Part shown: piece after piece, positions 19,523 through 30,181 of the stretch
Layout of the letters: each line of letters starts with the position of its first letter
Position numbering within the stretch: position 1 is the stretch's first letter
Origin: Candidatus Woesebacteria bacterium
GTDB lineage: Bacteria; Patescibacteriota; Microgenomatia; UBA8517
Assembly (NCBI GenBank): GCA_963716475.1
Contig: OY970314.1
Span: 436,790 to 500,789, forward strand
DNA: 64,000 bases
Reading direction: 5' to 3'
Notes under the pieces: generated by a model
What the model was told of the DNA's origin: nothing
The model's input: only the letters and a program-made list of their open reading frames with translations
Database searches by the model: none
Program-made: the position numbers and the translations under genes

Positions 19523-20572
19523 TTATTTCTTCGCTCCCACTGCAATTCCCAGGCCGGCCGTTGTGGCCAGAAGCGACGAGCCCCCTGCCGAAAGAAGAGG
19601 AAAAGGAATACCCGTAACCGGAAGTATGCCCATATTCATACCGACGTGGACAAAGATTTGGACAAGATAGATCAGGAAAAACCCGGATATGTAAGCCCGG
19701 GCCGCTGCTGAAACCGCATTTTCCATGAAGTGGGTTAATCTGAAAAGAATAATAAAACTTACCATCAGGGCAAGGCCGGCACCAACTATTCCAAGTTCCT
19801 CAGCTGTTGCCGCAAAAATAAAATCCGTCTGCTTTTCCGGTAAAAAAGCCAGTTGTGTCTGAATGCCCTTTCCAAGACCCGTTCCAAAAATCTTTCCGGA
19901 ACCTACGGCGATAGTTGATTGAAGGCTATTGTATCCGGCACCCAATGGATCGCTTGTAGGCGAGAGAAATGTCAGTATTCTTTGTTTTTGATATGACGCC
20001 AAGAGATTCCAAAGTAGAGGGATGATGACAATTGTTCCGGCCAATCCCGCTAAAAGATATTTTTTATTGAATTTACTGGCAATAAGCACACCGACAAATC
20101 CAATCACAGTAAGGACTGATACACCCAGACTTGGTTGAATTAAAATAAGAATCACCGGAATGGCTAAAAGTCCTATCGCTTTAAATACTCTTTTTAAACT
20201 CATCTCGCCTCTTGTCATATAGTTTGCAAAAAAAACCAAAAGTAACGGGCGCACTATTTCGGCCGGTTGAAGACCGGAAGGTCCTATTGGAATCCAACGA
20301 AAAGTCCCCCTTGTGACCTTGCCGATAATCAAAGTAAGAAGAAGAAGCGCGATGCTTGCTATATAAAAATGCTTGGAAAAAAGGGAAACAATATCAAAAT
20401 CAATTTGCGAAAAAAACCAAAATGCGCCGAGAGCCACAATAATATAAACAAAATAGAGAGGGAAAATGGTTTTATCAAGTGAGGAAAGAATGACAACACT
20501 AAAAATTATTAGAAAAAGTACAGAAACTGAAATGGTAATGTCTTTAAACAAAAAGCCGGAGATAGACCGCAT
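19523..20572 (-). CDS. rodA: SEDS peptidoglycan polymerase RodA
   Basis: RWI, QPAE, YQKQRI, DPLGAGYN, FLPEKQTDFIF, EELG, PVTGIPFP. Confidence 0.92.
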   Translation of the reverse strand: MRSISGFLFKDITISVSVLFLIIFSVVILSSLDKTIFPLYFVYIIVALGAFWFFSQIDFDIVSLFSKHFYIASIALLLLTLIIGKVTRGTFRWIPIGPSGLQPAEIVRPLLLVFFANYMTRGEMSLKRVFKAIGLLAIPVILILIQPSLGVSVLTVIGFVGVLIASKFNKKYLLAGLAGTIVIIPLLWNLLASYQKQRILTFLSPTSDPLGAGYNSLQSTIAVGSGKIFGTGLGKGIQTQLAFLPEKQTDFIFAATAEELGIVGAGLALMVSFIILFRLTHFMENAVSAAARAYISGFFLIYLVQIFVHVGMNMGILPVTGIPFPLLSAGGSSLLATTAGLGIAVGAKK

Positions 20573-20573
20573 A

Positions 20574-23500
20574 TCAGGAAGATTTTACCACTTTGTACTT
20601 CCCCTTTTTCAAACCCGCAATCTGAGCCTTTTTTGTCATCCATTCGACCAGCTCTTTCCTGGCGGGAACTTTCTCTAAAGTTACATCCACCGTCTGTTTT
20701 AGATTAAGCCCAAGTTTCTTTCTGTCCCCCTGGATACTCCTGACCAGGGCTCTGACCTCAGCCTCTTCCAGCAGTTCCGGCGTAATAGTTGTATCGAGTT
20801 CAATTTTATCCGACCCGCCAAGAAATTGAATAGTCTTTACGTTAAGCTCCTGACAGGCCAAGTCTACAATTTCCTTACTCATTTTGATGCTCTGCCCATA
20901 GACTTTGGCCTTTGCCAAGGGCTGCCTTACAGGAATTCCTAATTCTTTCCTTTTGGCGTGTATTTTTTCTACAATCTCCCTGATTTTTTCCATTTCCTGG
21001 GTAAGATCAATTTCGGTCGAAGTCAGATGTGAAGTATCACTAAATTCAGGCCAATCAGCAAGATGAATAGATTTTTCTTTGCTAAGATTTGTGTACATTG
21101 CATCTGCAAGAAACGGAGTAAAAGGTGCCATTATCTTGCAAAGACTGCAAAGGACATAATATGTTGAGGCATAAAAAGCATTACTGTCATCCCCTGTTTC
21201 CTTAGCAGGTCCGACCCTGTCGCGGGATCTTCTTATATACCAAAGCGAAAGATCGTCTACAAACTTTTCAATTTCACCCGAAGCATTAACTGCGTCAAAT
21301 TTTTCAAGAAATTCAGTCACAAGACTGACGGTTTGATTAAGTCTTACCAATATCCATTTGTCTAAAATATTAGTGGATTTGCCGGGCTTCCGGCGGGAAC
21401 CTGGTATCCAGCCGTCGAGATTTGCATATGTTACAAAAAAGTTATAAACATTCCAGAGTTTCAAATGAAACTGTCTTCTGACTTCATCAGCAGTTTTATA
21501 ACCAAAAAGCATGTTTTCGGAAGGATTTTGTTTCGCAAACATCCACCTCATGACATCCGCTCCGATTTTATCTGCACCCTCGTTAAACTCAATCATATTC
21601 CCCAAACTTTTATGCATTGCGCTTCCGTCCTCTCCTAACACGGTCCCGTGCCCCAGAACCGTTTTAAAAGGATTTGTGTCTTCCAAAACGGTGCTCATGG
21701 CGATCATTGCGTAAAACCAGTTTTTAAACTGCCCGGGAAAACTCTCGGTAATAAAATCCGCCGGGAACCATTTTTCCCAACTCTCGCGGTCAGTAAGATA
21801 AAGCGGTTTGGTTTTGCCTGTCTCAAAACCACAGGCTTTATTATTTTCGCTGATAGTAGAAAAGGGAACTATACCGGCGTCGAGCCAGGGGTTTCCTACC
21901 GGCTCAATTCTGGAAACGATTGCGCCGCAGTGGGAGCATTTTATTTTTACGGCATCAATTTGCGGTTTATGGGGGCTCTTTCCGGCAAAACCTTTCCAGC
22001 CTTCTACCGCACGCTCCTTCAGTTCTTCCTTGGACCCGAAAACCTCAAAATTATGGCATTTTTTACACTCCCATATGGGTAGCGCTAAACCCCAATACCT
22101 GTTCTTCTTACTTATAAGCCAATCATGCATATTCGTTAACCAATCCATTTCGCGGTCAAGTCCGAAGCTTGGAATCCAGTGTATCTTTTCTGCCACAATT
22201 TTCATTCTTTCTCTTAATGTCCTTGTATCGGGCATTGTTTTAATCTCATCTTCCCCGTCTTTCCATTTTTCGATTTTAAGAACGGAGTTTTCTTTTGAAG
22301 ACTTGCGGCCGGCTTTGTCCATCGCGATATACCATTCGTCCGTCATTTTCCAAACAAGTTCGGTTTTGCACCTCCAACATGAAGGATAACGGTGTGTATA
22401 ATTCATGGTCTTATACAAAAATCTTCCGTCTTCGAAGTCTCTCAGGTGATTAAGTACCAAATTCGGGTCCTTCTTGGCATTTTTACCGGCCAAAAACCCA
22501 AACCCGCTTAAATAATTGGCCTGGTCATCAATTGCGGCAATTATCGGAAGACCAATCTTTTTGCCAAATTTATGATCCTCCGCGCCGGTACCGGTCGAGG
22601 TATGAACAATTCCTGTTCCCTCTTCCGTGCTTATCGGCAATATCAAAGGATCCGTGGCGGCAACGGTGTGAAATTTATCATTTTTGGCCGTTCCGGTCTT
22701 TATTGCAGGCAGGTCGTCAAATGCCCCGGCATACCTTAGTCCGATAAGTTTGGATCCTCTTGTAACTTTTAGTTCCTTTGAACGAACGCCTGCAAAAACC
22801 CGGTCCTTCGCACCTCTTGCAACCCAATATTTCTTCCTACCGACTTCCATAAGTGAATATTCGGCGTCACCGTCAATGGCAAGGGCAATATTGGCCGGAA
22901 CAGTCCACGGAGTCGTTGTCCAGGCAAGCAAATATTCATCCGGCTGCCCGACAATGGGGAAAGAAAGAAATACCGACTCGTGGGTTACTTCTCTGTAATC
23001 CTCGGTCAAAATTTCATGCTCGCTAATCGCAGTTTCACACCTTGGACACCATGGCACAACATCGTTACCTTTATAAATCCAGCCGAGGTCTGAACAAACT
23101 TTAAGAAAGTGCCAAATCATATAATTATTGTCCTCGCTTAGTGTGTAGTAGGAATTGTCCCAATCCATAAAGTACCCGAGCCTTTTACTTTGCTCCGTTT
23201 GAATTTTGGAATATTTTTCGACACGATCCCTGCAAAGCTGGACAAATTTAGCCACGCCAAATTTTTCGATATCTTTTTTATTCTTAAAACCAAGCTCCTT
23301 CTCGACTTCAACTTCAACCCACAGGCCCTGACAATCAAAACCATTCTGAAACCTCTCCCTGTACCCCTGCATATTCTTGAATCTTTGCCAAAGGTCTTTA
23401 TACATTCTTCCCCAGGCGTGGTGAACCCCCATTGAATTATTGGCAGTAATAGGGCCATCCAGAAAAGAAAAATAGCTTTTGCTGTTTTTGTTACGATTTA

Positions 23501-23612
23501 AATACTTTTTAACAACGTCTCCCTTCTCCCATTCTTTGAGAAGTTTGGTCTCGGCTCGGGGAAAATCGACTTTAAGATCGACAGGTTCAAAAAAAGGCTT
23601 ACTTTTGGCCAT
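20574..23612 (-). CDS. ileS: Isoleucyl-tRNA synthetase (type 2)
   Basis: DGPITAN..MGVHH, FDCQGL, WTTTPWT, GTGIVH, CWRC, AMHKSLGN. Confidence 0.96.
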   Translation of the reverse strand: MAKSKPFFEPVDLKVDFPRAETKLLKEWEKGDVVKKYLNRNKNSKSYFSFLDGPITANNSMGVHHAWGRMYKDLWQRFKNMQGYRERFQNGFDCQGLWVEVEVEKELGFKNKKDIEKFGVAKFVQLCRDRVEKYSKIQTEQSKRLGYFMDWDNSYYTLSEDNNYMIWHFLKVCSDLGWIYKGNDVVPWCPRCETAISEHEILTEDYREVTHESVFLSFPIVGQPDEYLLAWTTTPWTVPANIALAIDGDAEYSLMEVGRKKYWVARGAKDRVFAGVRSKELKVTRGSKLIGLRYAGAFDDLPAIKTGTAKNDKFHTVAATDPLILPISTEEGTGIVHTSTGTGAEDHKFGKKIGLPIIAAIDDQANYLSGFGFLAGKNAKKDPNLVLNHLRDFEDGRFLYKTMNYTHRYPSCWRCKTELVWKMTDEWYIAMDKAGRKSSKENSVLKIEKWKDGEDEIKTMPDTRTLRERMKIVAEKIHWIPSFGLDREMDWLTNMHDWLISKKNRYWGLALPIWECKKCHNFEVFGSKEELKERAVEGWKGFAGKSPHKPQIDAVKIKCSHCGAIVSRIEPVGNPWLDAGIVPFSTISENNKACGFETGKTKPLYLTDRESWEKWFPADFITESFPGQFKNWFYAMIAMSTVLEDTNPFKTVLGHGTVLGEDGSAMHKSLGNMIEFNEGADKIGADVMRWMFAKQNPSENMLFGYKTADEVRRQFHLKLWNVYNFFVTYANLDGWIPGSRRKPGKSTNILDKWILVRLNQTVSLVTEFLEKFDAVNASGEIEKFVDDLSLWYIRRSRDRVGPAKETGDDSNAFYASTYYVLCSLCKIMAPFTPFLADAMYTNLSKEKSIHLADWPEFSDTSHLTSTEIDLTQEMEKIREIVEKIHAKRKELGIPVRQPLAKAKVYGQSIKMSKEIVDLACQELNVKTIQFLGGSDKIELDTTITPELLEEAEVRALVRSIQGDRKKLGLNLKQTVDVTLEKVPARKELVEWMTKKAQIAGLKKGKYKVVKSS

Positions 23613-23722
23613 ATAGACCTAGTGTACCTCACTTTAAGCCGTTCTTCCAGCCTGCTAGATCATTCCAAGGCTAAACTAGGCACGATGTGCGGGTTGTCTA
23701 ACCTTCGGCGTATACTTAATTA

Positions 23723-23860
23723 ATGATCATCCGAAGGAAAGACGGCTATTTTGTTATTTCCGAAAAAGGAAAGAAAAAGCTTGGCGGTCCCTACAAAAAA
23801 CGTGAGGATGCCGAGCGCAGGTTGCAACAAGTCGAATATTTCAAACGGATTGGAAGATAA
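23723..23860 (+). CDS. 45-aa basic small protein (not in ORF track)
   Basis: MIIRRKDGYFVISEKGKKKLGGPYKKREDAERRLQQVEYFKRIGR; TATACT 6 nt before ATG. Confidence 0.7.
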   Translation: MIIRRKDGYFVISEKGKKKLGGPYKKREDAERRLQQVEYFKRIGR

Positions 23861-23949
23861 CAACCGACAATCTCCATTGACTAGTCGTTGTATATAGTTT
23901 AATCATCTTAAATTATTGCTTTTCGTATTCCGGTGACAGATACTTAATT

Positions 23950-24612
23950 GTGAAACAAAAAGGTTTTGCCCCAATTATATTTTTGATTTTGATAGCTTTG
24001 GTATTAGTTGGATATGGGGGATACAGAATATTAGGAAATCCCCGGCAGTTGACCGAGAGAGGTGGACCAACTGCTCCCCCTTCTTCATCCTCTGACCCAA
24101 CTGCAAATTGGAAAACATATACTGATGGAGTTTTTGGCTATTCAATTAAATATCCGGAAGATTGGGAATGTAATGTTATCGGTGAACCATTATATAACTA
24201 TGGTTCTTTGGTTACTTTTAGGCCACAGCAGGATAATTCTTCCGTTATAAAGGAGATGAAAGACGTTGGCATAATCAATGTCGGAGTCAATAGAAGTGAT
24301 AAAAGTTTAGATTCTTGGATTAAAGACTTCTATTGTTTAAAACCTGAAGATTGTATCCAGCCAATAATTGATACCACTTTAGATGGACAATTGGCAAAGA
24401 AAGTATATTCTGCTTCCGACTCAGCCCTCACAACAGAAGCAATTGTAGTGAAAATAGATAAGCCTAATGACACTCAAGTAATGTATAAAAGTCTTTTCTA
24501 TACATTAACTTTAAATCATGTGGGTGGTTATGACCCCTTTAGGACGATTACGTTGGAAGAAAGAAAAATAATATTCGATGAAATGGTGTCCACCTTCAAA
24601 TTTACCCAATAA
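23950..24612 (+). CDS. Exported protein with prepilin-like N-terminus and PsbP-like domain
   Basis: MKQKG|FAPIIFLILI, Pro/Ser linker, NWKTY..GYSIKYPEDW, FDEMVSTFKF. Confidence 0.7.
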   Translation: MKQKGFAPIIFLILIALVLVGYGGYRILGNPRQLTERGGPTAPPSSSSDPTANWKTYTDGVFGYSIKYPEDWECNVIGEPLYNYGSLVTFRPQQDNSSVIKEMKDVGIINVGVNRSDKSLDSWIKDFYCLKPEDCIQPIIDTTLDGQLAKKVYSASDSALTTEAIVVKIDKPNDTQVMYKSLFYTLTLNHVGGYDPFRTITLEERKIIFDEMVSTFKFTQ

Positions 24613-24668
24613 TTTTTTCTTCAGCAGTTGATCCCAAATACAACGACTTAAATTGTCTTTGGGTTTCG

Positions 24669-25832
24669 TTAATGAATTTTACGAAGGAATGCCGGAATTT
24701 CAAATTTCTCTCCAAAAACATCCTCGTCCTTTGAAGAACCGCCATCTTCTTCGGGTGGTTCATTTTTATGCTCTTCATCTTCCTCTTCACCCTTGGAAGT
24801 CTGTACTTCACTGACAACGCCCTGGACGACGGGTTTTTGGACAGACGTCTGACTCATCTGGGCAAGGCGTGACCGGGTTTCATCAAATCCTGTAGCAATA
24901 ACGGTAATTTTGACCTGATCGGTCAGATCGGGCTTAATTACTGCGCCAAATATAACGTTTGCATCAGGATCTGCCGCGGAAGAAATAATCCTGGCTGCTT
25001 CATCAACCTCAAACATAGTCAAATCGTTTCCTCCGGCAATGTTAAAAAGGACCCCGCGGGCGCCCTCTATCGAAAGGTCAAGAAGCGGTGAGGAGATGGC
25101 CGCGCGTGCCGCCATCTGAGCCCTATTTTCTCCAACCCCGGTCCCAATTCCAAGAAGAGCCGAACCGGCATTGCTCATAATTGCCTTTACATCGGCAAAA
25201 TCTACGTTTACAAGACCCGGTGTTGTAATAATATCCGCAATTCCCCCAACACCTTGCCCCAGCACCGAATCAACCACTTTAAACGCTTCCAGAAGCGTCA
25301 TTTTCCTGTCAATTACATCCATCAGCCTTTGATTGGGTATAACAATTAAAGTGTCCGTAGCATCCCTGAGCTTTTCAATCCCATCCTCAGCCGCAACCAT
25401 CCTCCGCGTTCCCTCAAAAGCAAACGGCTTGGTTACAACCCCTACGGTGAGAGCCCCTGCTTCCTTAGCAAGTTGGGCAATAATCGGAGAGGCACCCGTT
25501 CCGGTTCCGCCACCCATTCCCGCTGTAACAAAAACCATATCGGAATCGATTAAAAGTTCTTTAATTTTTTCCATCGATTCTTCAGCCGCTTGGCGTCCAA
25601 ACTCCGGATCTCCTCCGACTCCAAGACCTTTGGTTAATTTTTCACCGATCTGAAGTTTTGTCGGAGCTTTATTATTGAGAAGTACTTGCGCATCTGTATT
25701 TACTGCTATAAATTCAACGCCGTCAACAAGTCCCGTCTCGATCATTGAGGCAATCGCGTTCCCTCCGCCTCCACCCACGCCAATTACTTTAATTTTAGCT
25801 ATTCTGGCAGAATCAGGTTTTACGAGAGCCAT
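24669..25832 (-). CDS. ftsZ: Cell division protein FtsZ
   Basis: [25 protein letters not shown]-terminal IPAFLRK; start at MALVKPD. Confidence 0.98.
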   Translation of the reverse strand: MALVKPDSARIAKIKVIGVGGGGGNAIASMIETGLVDGVEFIAVNTDAQVLLNNKAPTKLQIGEKLTKGLGVGGDPEFGRQAAEESMEKIKELLIDSDMVFVTAGMGGGTGTGASPIIAQLAKEAGALTVGVVTKPFAFEGTRRMVAAEDGIEKLRDATDTLIVIPNQRLMDVIDRKMTLLEAFKVVDSVLGQGVGGIADIITTPGLVNVDFADVKAIMSNAGSALLGIGTGVGENRAQMAARAAISSPLLDLSIEGARGVLFNIAGGNDLTMFEVDEAARIISSAADPDANVIFGAVIKPDLTDQVKITVIATGFDETRSRLAQMSQTSVQKPVVQGVVSEVQTSKGEEEDEEHKNEPPEEDGGSSKDEDVFGEKFEIPAFLRKIH

Positions 25833-25844
25833 ATATATACATCT

Positions 25845-25870
25845 CTCACTTTCTTTTAGAAGAAAGTGAG
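25845..25870. repeat. Perfect 11-bp inverted repeat between ftsA and ftsZ
   Basis: CTCACTTTCTT-TTAG-AAGAAAGTGAG. Confidence 0.8.
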
Positions 25871-25952
25871 GCAAAGAAATAAACACAAATCACACGAGCA
25901 GCAGGATTGTACATTGGGCAGAAGAAAAACTCAAGGCAACAAAATTTATATA

Positions 25953-27215
25953 CTAAGGCAACAAATTTTTTATATTATCGATCAATTTACCAAATATTCC
26001 AACTGAGGGTAGTTTTATCTTTTTTGCAAAGCTTGTCAAGTTCTCATTCGGTACTTCCTTGGCCCCGTAAAGAAGGAGTCCGATTGATGTTGCAAACGAT
26101 GGCAACATTATGTCATCAACCAGCCCGCCAACCCCCGTCGGAACCCCAATCCTAACGGGAAGGGAAAGCATACGTTTAGCTGAATCGGTAACCCCTGCTG
26201 TTTCGGCTCCTCCTCCCGTAATCACAGCCCCTGAAGGAACCCTGTTGGCCACACCCTCTCTTTCCAATTCAATTCTAACCATTGTAAATATTTCATTTAA
26301 GCGTGGCCGGATTATTCCTTCCAAAAGTGTTTTTTTGGAAACTTTCTTGATTTCGGTAACACCCATTTTTTCCAAATCCATCTCATCGCCCTCGTCTTTA
26401 TCCTTTTGTTTCTTATCCGAAAGTGCAATCTTAATTTTTTCTGCAGTCTCAAGGGAAACTCTAAGTCCGATTGCCAAATCATTGGTAACATTCTTAGCAC
26501 CTACAGGAATAACACCCGAGTATGCCAATGCGCCGTCGATATATGCCGCTATGGATGTCGTTCCGCCGCCTACATCAATTAGCACGCACCCGAGTTCCTT
26601 CTCCGTGGGGGATAAAACGCTTTCTGCCGAGGCCAGCCCGGAAAAAACCAAATCGTCGATTTGAACACCAACCTCATTTACAGCCTTTCTTATATTTTTA
26701 ACTGCCGCCGAGGCTGCAGAAATAATATGCGTATCAACTTCCAGGCGGACGCCGCTCATTCCCACGGCATCCCGGACTCCTGCTTCTCCGTCAACAATAA
26801 ATTCCCTGGGAAGAATGTGAATGGCCTCCCGTGAAGCGGGCAGAGAAATTGCGGAAGCTGCTTCTACGGCTCTATCAATATCGTTCTGGTTTATTTCTCC
26901 GCTGGGATCCGAAACTGCAACGACTCCGTGGGAGTTCTGCGAATGAATATGGGCTCCTCCCAGGGCCACAAAAACACTCTCAAGGTTATATCCTGCCATC
27001 CTCTCGGCAGCCTCGACCGATGAAATCGTCGCCTCAACCGCCTCTTCAATATCAACGATCTGCCCCTTTTTAATTCCGCGGGATTCTGAGGTAGCCGCTC
27101 CCACAACATTTAAAGAGGTCTCGGAAGTTACGGGGTCTACCGCCACTTGGCTGACAAGCGTGGCAATTTTACTGGAACCTATGTCAATTGCGGCTATAAT
27201 TCTTGATTTACTCAT
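25953..27215 (-). CDS. ftsA: Cell division protein FtsA
   Basis: DIGSSK, AERMAG, GVRLEV, DVGGGTT, TGGG. Confidence 0.97.
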   Translation of the reverse strand: MSKSRIIAAIDIGSSKIATLVSQVAVDPVTSETSLNVVGAATSESRGIKKGQIVDIEEAVEATISSVEAAERMAGYNLESVFVALGGAHIHSQNSHGVVAVSDPSGEINQNDIDRAVEAASAISLPASREAIHILPREFIVDGEAGVRDAVGMSGVRLEVDTHIISAASAAVKNIRKAVNEVGVQIDDLVFSGLASAESVLSPTEKELGCVLIDVGGGTTSIAAYIDGALAYSGVIPVGAKNVTNDLAIGLRVSLETAEKIKIALSDKKQKDKDEGDEMDLEKMGVTEIKKVSKKTLLEGIIRPRLNEIFTMVRIELEREGVANRVPSGAVITGGGAETAGVTDSAKRMLSLPVRIGVPTGVGGLVDDIMLPSFATSIGLLLYGAKEVPNENLTSFAKKIKLPSVGIFGKLIDNIKNLLP

Positions 27216-27220
27216 CTTTG

Positions 27221-27889
27221 TTATCTTAATACCGGATTTGTGAAACGCAAGTCTATCTGCGAATACCCTGCAAGGTTACCATCTTCCATCACTTTTGAAT
27301 AGATCAACCTCAAAGAACCAAGCAAAACTTCGCTGTCTCCCTCTAATGGAAATATTACTCTGATTTGGCCTGGAAGTTCAACAAGCAAACTTCCGTCCTG
27401 AACCTGCGACTCCCTGACTTGATACATTTGGAAAATTCCGCCGGCTAAATTAAGTGCAAAAAGATTCGCCTGACTTATGTTTTGTCCTACGGCCGGTAAA
27501 CTTTCTCCCACAGCAATAGCCGGCAAAACAGAATCTTGTGCAGTCGAAAGGACACTCCCGTCTTTATCAACCAGAACCAGTGAACCTGTACCTGTGTCCT
27601 TAAACGCAACAACGGCTTTTTTTATCAAAAGCTCGACATGTAAAATATTCGGAATTTTATACTGAAGTGAATAATCGGAAACCAAAAACTCGGACTTAAG
27701 GATTTTGCGAACACCGTTTTTTGAAGAAAACAGACTTTTTCCGTTAAAAGAATTCAGCTTGTCCAAAACTTGCTTCGGACAATCACCATACTGGCTTTTG
27801 CAATCAATTCTTATTTTAATGAAAAACGGTGAGATAAATAAAAGAATTAAAACTAAAAATACACAAGAGATTGCAAAGATTTTTTTCAC
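27221..27889 (-). CDS. ftsQ: FtsQ/DivIB-like protein
   Basis: Single TM, LVDKDG, C-terminal IDLRF..PV; lies between murG and ftsA. Confidence 0.8.
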   Translation of the reverse strand: MKKIFAISCVFLVLILLFISPFFIKIRIDCKSQYGDCPKQVLDKLNSFNGKSLFSSKNGVRKILKSEFLVSDYSLQYKIPNILHVELLIKKAVVAFKDTGTGSLVLVDKDGSVLSTAQDSVLPAIAVGESLPAVGQNISQANLFALNLAGGIFQMYQVRESQVQDGSLLVELPGQIRVIFPLEGDSEVLLGSLRLIYSKVMEDGNLAGYSQIDLRFTNPVLR

Positions 27890-29064
27890 TTCACGTACTT
27901 CCTTAATATTAGTAAAAGCTTTCCGGACGCCCCCCGGTCCGGACTATCTTTAGACCTGATTTTTTCAACAATCGCAGAATAATCTCCGATTAAATTCTCG
28001 ATGTATGCATACAGCAGTTCCGGTGTTAAAACTTCCTGTCGAATAATTTTGGCTACACCCCAGCCCACGGCAATCCTTGCATTTTTCATCTGTTCGTTCA
28101 TAAAGCTAACCGGGATAGGGATAAATATAGCCGGCCGCTTTATGGCCATAACTTCTGAAACGGTGTTTGCCCCGGCCCTGGCAATTACAAGATCACATTT
28201 TTGATAAATTTTATAAACTTCAAGGGGATTAACCCGGACAAAAACTTCGTAATTATCCCTAAGAGCCTGCGGCAACTTTTGTTTAATATCTGAGAATTTC
28301 AGATAATCCAAGCCGCCGGTTTGATGAATTACCTTATATTTTGATAGAAGTTTTTTTAGAATACTCTCCAATGCCTCATTAATTTTTTGAGACCCGCGTG
28401 ATCCGCCTGTTACAAATATTACCGGTGGCTCCCCGATCTTTGACTTAGCTTTAACCCTTGTAACTTCTTTCATAACAGGATTTCCCGTTAATTCACACTT
28501 GGCGTGTGGGTAATATTTTTCACTTTCGCTTCTGGAAACGGCAATCCTCGACGCAAATTTTGCCGTCATGAGATTGGCCCGACCGGCAACAGATGTTTGT
28601 TCGTGGATTACAACGGGAATCCCGAGAATGTATGCGTTTAAGACAACGGGAAAGGAAGCAAAGCCTCCAAATGAAAGTACTACGCGAGGTCTAATTTTCA
28701 GTAAATAATAAAAGGATTGGAGTATCCCCACAGGTATTTTTAATATTGACGGAATTGTCCAGATTGTAAAACGCCTTTGGATCCTGCCTGTCGTTAAAGG
28801 AAGAAATTTAACTCCAAGCCTGGGTAAAATCTCGGACTCCAAAGTCAGAACTTTTCTGCCCTCAATTGCATTTTTTACTCCGATCCAGGTTATATCCCAA
28901 TCCAGTCCCTCGGCTTTAATCTCCTGGATAACTGCAACAGCGGTTGTGGCGGCGTGTCCGCCGGTAAATACAACTTTACCGGGGCTCTGACCGGCCAAGC
29001 TTTGCTTACCGGGGCTCTGACCGGCCAAGCTAGGTTTATTTTCTTTGCTTCTTAATTGTTCCAT
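27886..29064 (-). CDS. murG: MurG GlcNAc transferase
   Basis: TGGH, SFGGFAS, HEQ, TGNP, GGSRGS, RAGANT, EQ..NA. Confidence 0.95.
   Translation of the reverse strand: MEQLRSKENKPSLAGQSPGKQSLAGQSPGKVVFTGGHAATTAVAVIQEIKAEGLDWDITWIGVKNAIEGRKVLTLESEILPRLGVKFLPLTTGRIQRRFTIWTIPSILKIPVGILQSFYYLLKIRPRVVLSFGGFASFPVVLNAYILGIPVVIHEQTSVAGRANLMTAKFASRIAVSRSESEKYYPHAKCELTGNPVMKEVTRVKAKSKIGEPPVIFVTGGSRGSQKINEALESILKKLLSKYKVIHQTGGLDYLKFSDIKQKLPQALRDNYEVFVRVNPLEVYKIYQKCDLVIARAGANTVSEVMAIKRPAIFIPIPVSFMNEQMKNARIAVGWGVAKIIRQEVLTPELLYAYIENLIGDYSAIVEKIRSKDSPDRGASGKLLLILRKYVK
28976..29031. repeat. In-frame tandem duplication (30-bp period) in murG 5' end
   Basis: TTACCGGGGCTCTGACCGGCCAAGCT twice; encodes SLAGQSPGK twice. 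Confidence 0.9.
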
Positions 29065-30169
29065 AACTTGTTTCTGATATCGCAAATCTGGATATATTAA
29101 GAAGTATACCGCAAGCAACTAAGATCATCACCAAACTGCTACCACCGTAGGAAATAAAAGGTAACGGGATTCCCGTCAAGGGGACTAAAGCTACCATCGA
29201 AGCAATGTTCAAAAACGCCTGTCCCCCAATCCACACGGTTATACCGATTGCGAGATTCTTGGAAAAAGTATCCGGAGCGTTACGGGCGATCTTTAATGCC
29301 AGCATAATAAAATAGACAAAAAGCGCAATTATTACTACTCCGCCTACTAGACCTAACTCTTCGGCAATCACGGCAAAAATCGAATCCGTTGAGGCTTCCG
29401 GGAGAAACGAATATTTTTGGAGAGAAGCACCGAGTCCTACGCCAAATATTCCGCCCGAACCGAGCCCTAAAAGGATCTGCCTCATGTGATAAGAATTCCC
29501 CAAAGGGTCCTGAGAAATTTGCAAGAATGTGAGAAGTCTTTCCTTCCTGTATGATGACAGGAGAATTAAAGGAATCCCTGCCAAAAGTCCTAAGACTACT
29601 GCCCCCAAAAGATACCAAAGATTTACACCTGAAACAAAAATCTGAGATATGCCTATCATAGCAATTATTAAGGCTGTTCCTAGGTCCGGTTGAAGCATAA
29701 TCAGGATGAGAATAATCAGAAGCGGGAGAAAATAGGCGATGGCTCCCTTAGCTTTGGATGCTAATTTCGCAAAATAGACACAAATTGCAAACTTAATTAC
29801 CTCCGAAGGTTGAAAATTGACAGGACCTAAAAATATCCAGCGCCTGGCCCCGAGAGCCGAAAATCCCAGACGCGGCAAAAGAACAATCACCAGCAAAATT
29901 AATGAAACAAAAAAAATCGGTGTTGCCAGTTTCTCCCAAAAGGTATATTTAATTTTTGAACAGACGAAAAGCAAGATTAATCCCACACCCGCCCATTCCA
30001 GCTGTTGCTTAAAAAGAAAAAACTTGTCCCCAAAGTTATTTAGTGCCTGAGGAGCCGAAACATCAGCAACAGCGACCAGGCCAATAGCCACAAAAGAAAT
30101 TATCAAAAAGAATAACCTTTTATCAATCGATTGTTTTTGCCTTGAAAGTTTTGATTTACCGTTTCTCAC
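29036..30169 (-). CDS. ftsW: Cell division SEDS protein FtsW
   Basis: GARRWI, FQPSE, QPDLGT, LPEASTDSIFAVIAEELG; lies between mraY and murG. Confidence 0.94.
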   Translation of the reverse strand: MRNGKSKLSRQKQSIDKRLFFLIISFVAIGLVAVADVSAPQALNNFGDKFFLFKQQLEWAGVGLILLFVCSKIKYTFWEKLATPIFFVSLILLVIVLLPRLGFSALGARRWIFLGPVNFQPSEVIKFAICVYFAKLASKAKGAIAYFLPLLIILILIMLQPDLGTALIIAMIGISQIFVSGVNLWYLLGAVVLGLLAGIPLILLSSYRKERLLTFLQISQDPLGNSYHMRQILLGLGSGGIFGVGLGASLQKYSFLPEASTDSIFAVIAEELGLVGGVVIIALFVYFIMLALKIARNAPDTFSKNLAIGITVWIGGQAFLNIASMVALVPLTGIPLPFISYGGSSLVMILVACGILLNISRFAISETSYGTIKKQRK

Positions 30170-30181
30170 GTCTACCCTTCG

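Noticed and set aside
21511-23458. Many 60-190 aa alternative-frame ORFs within ileS (and similar ones across the dcw genes)
   Set aside because: Shadow ORFs of well-supported genes with no motifs
23613-23710. T-box riboswitch upstream of ileS
   Set aside because: No T-box consensus or terminator; a -10-like hexamer sits right before the ATG
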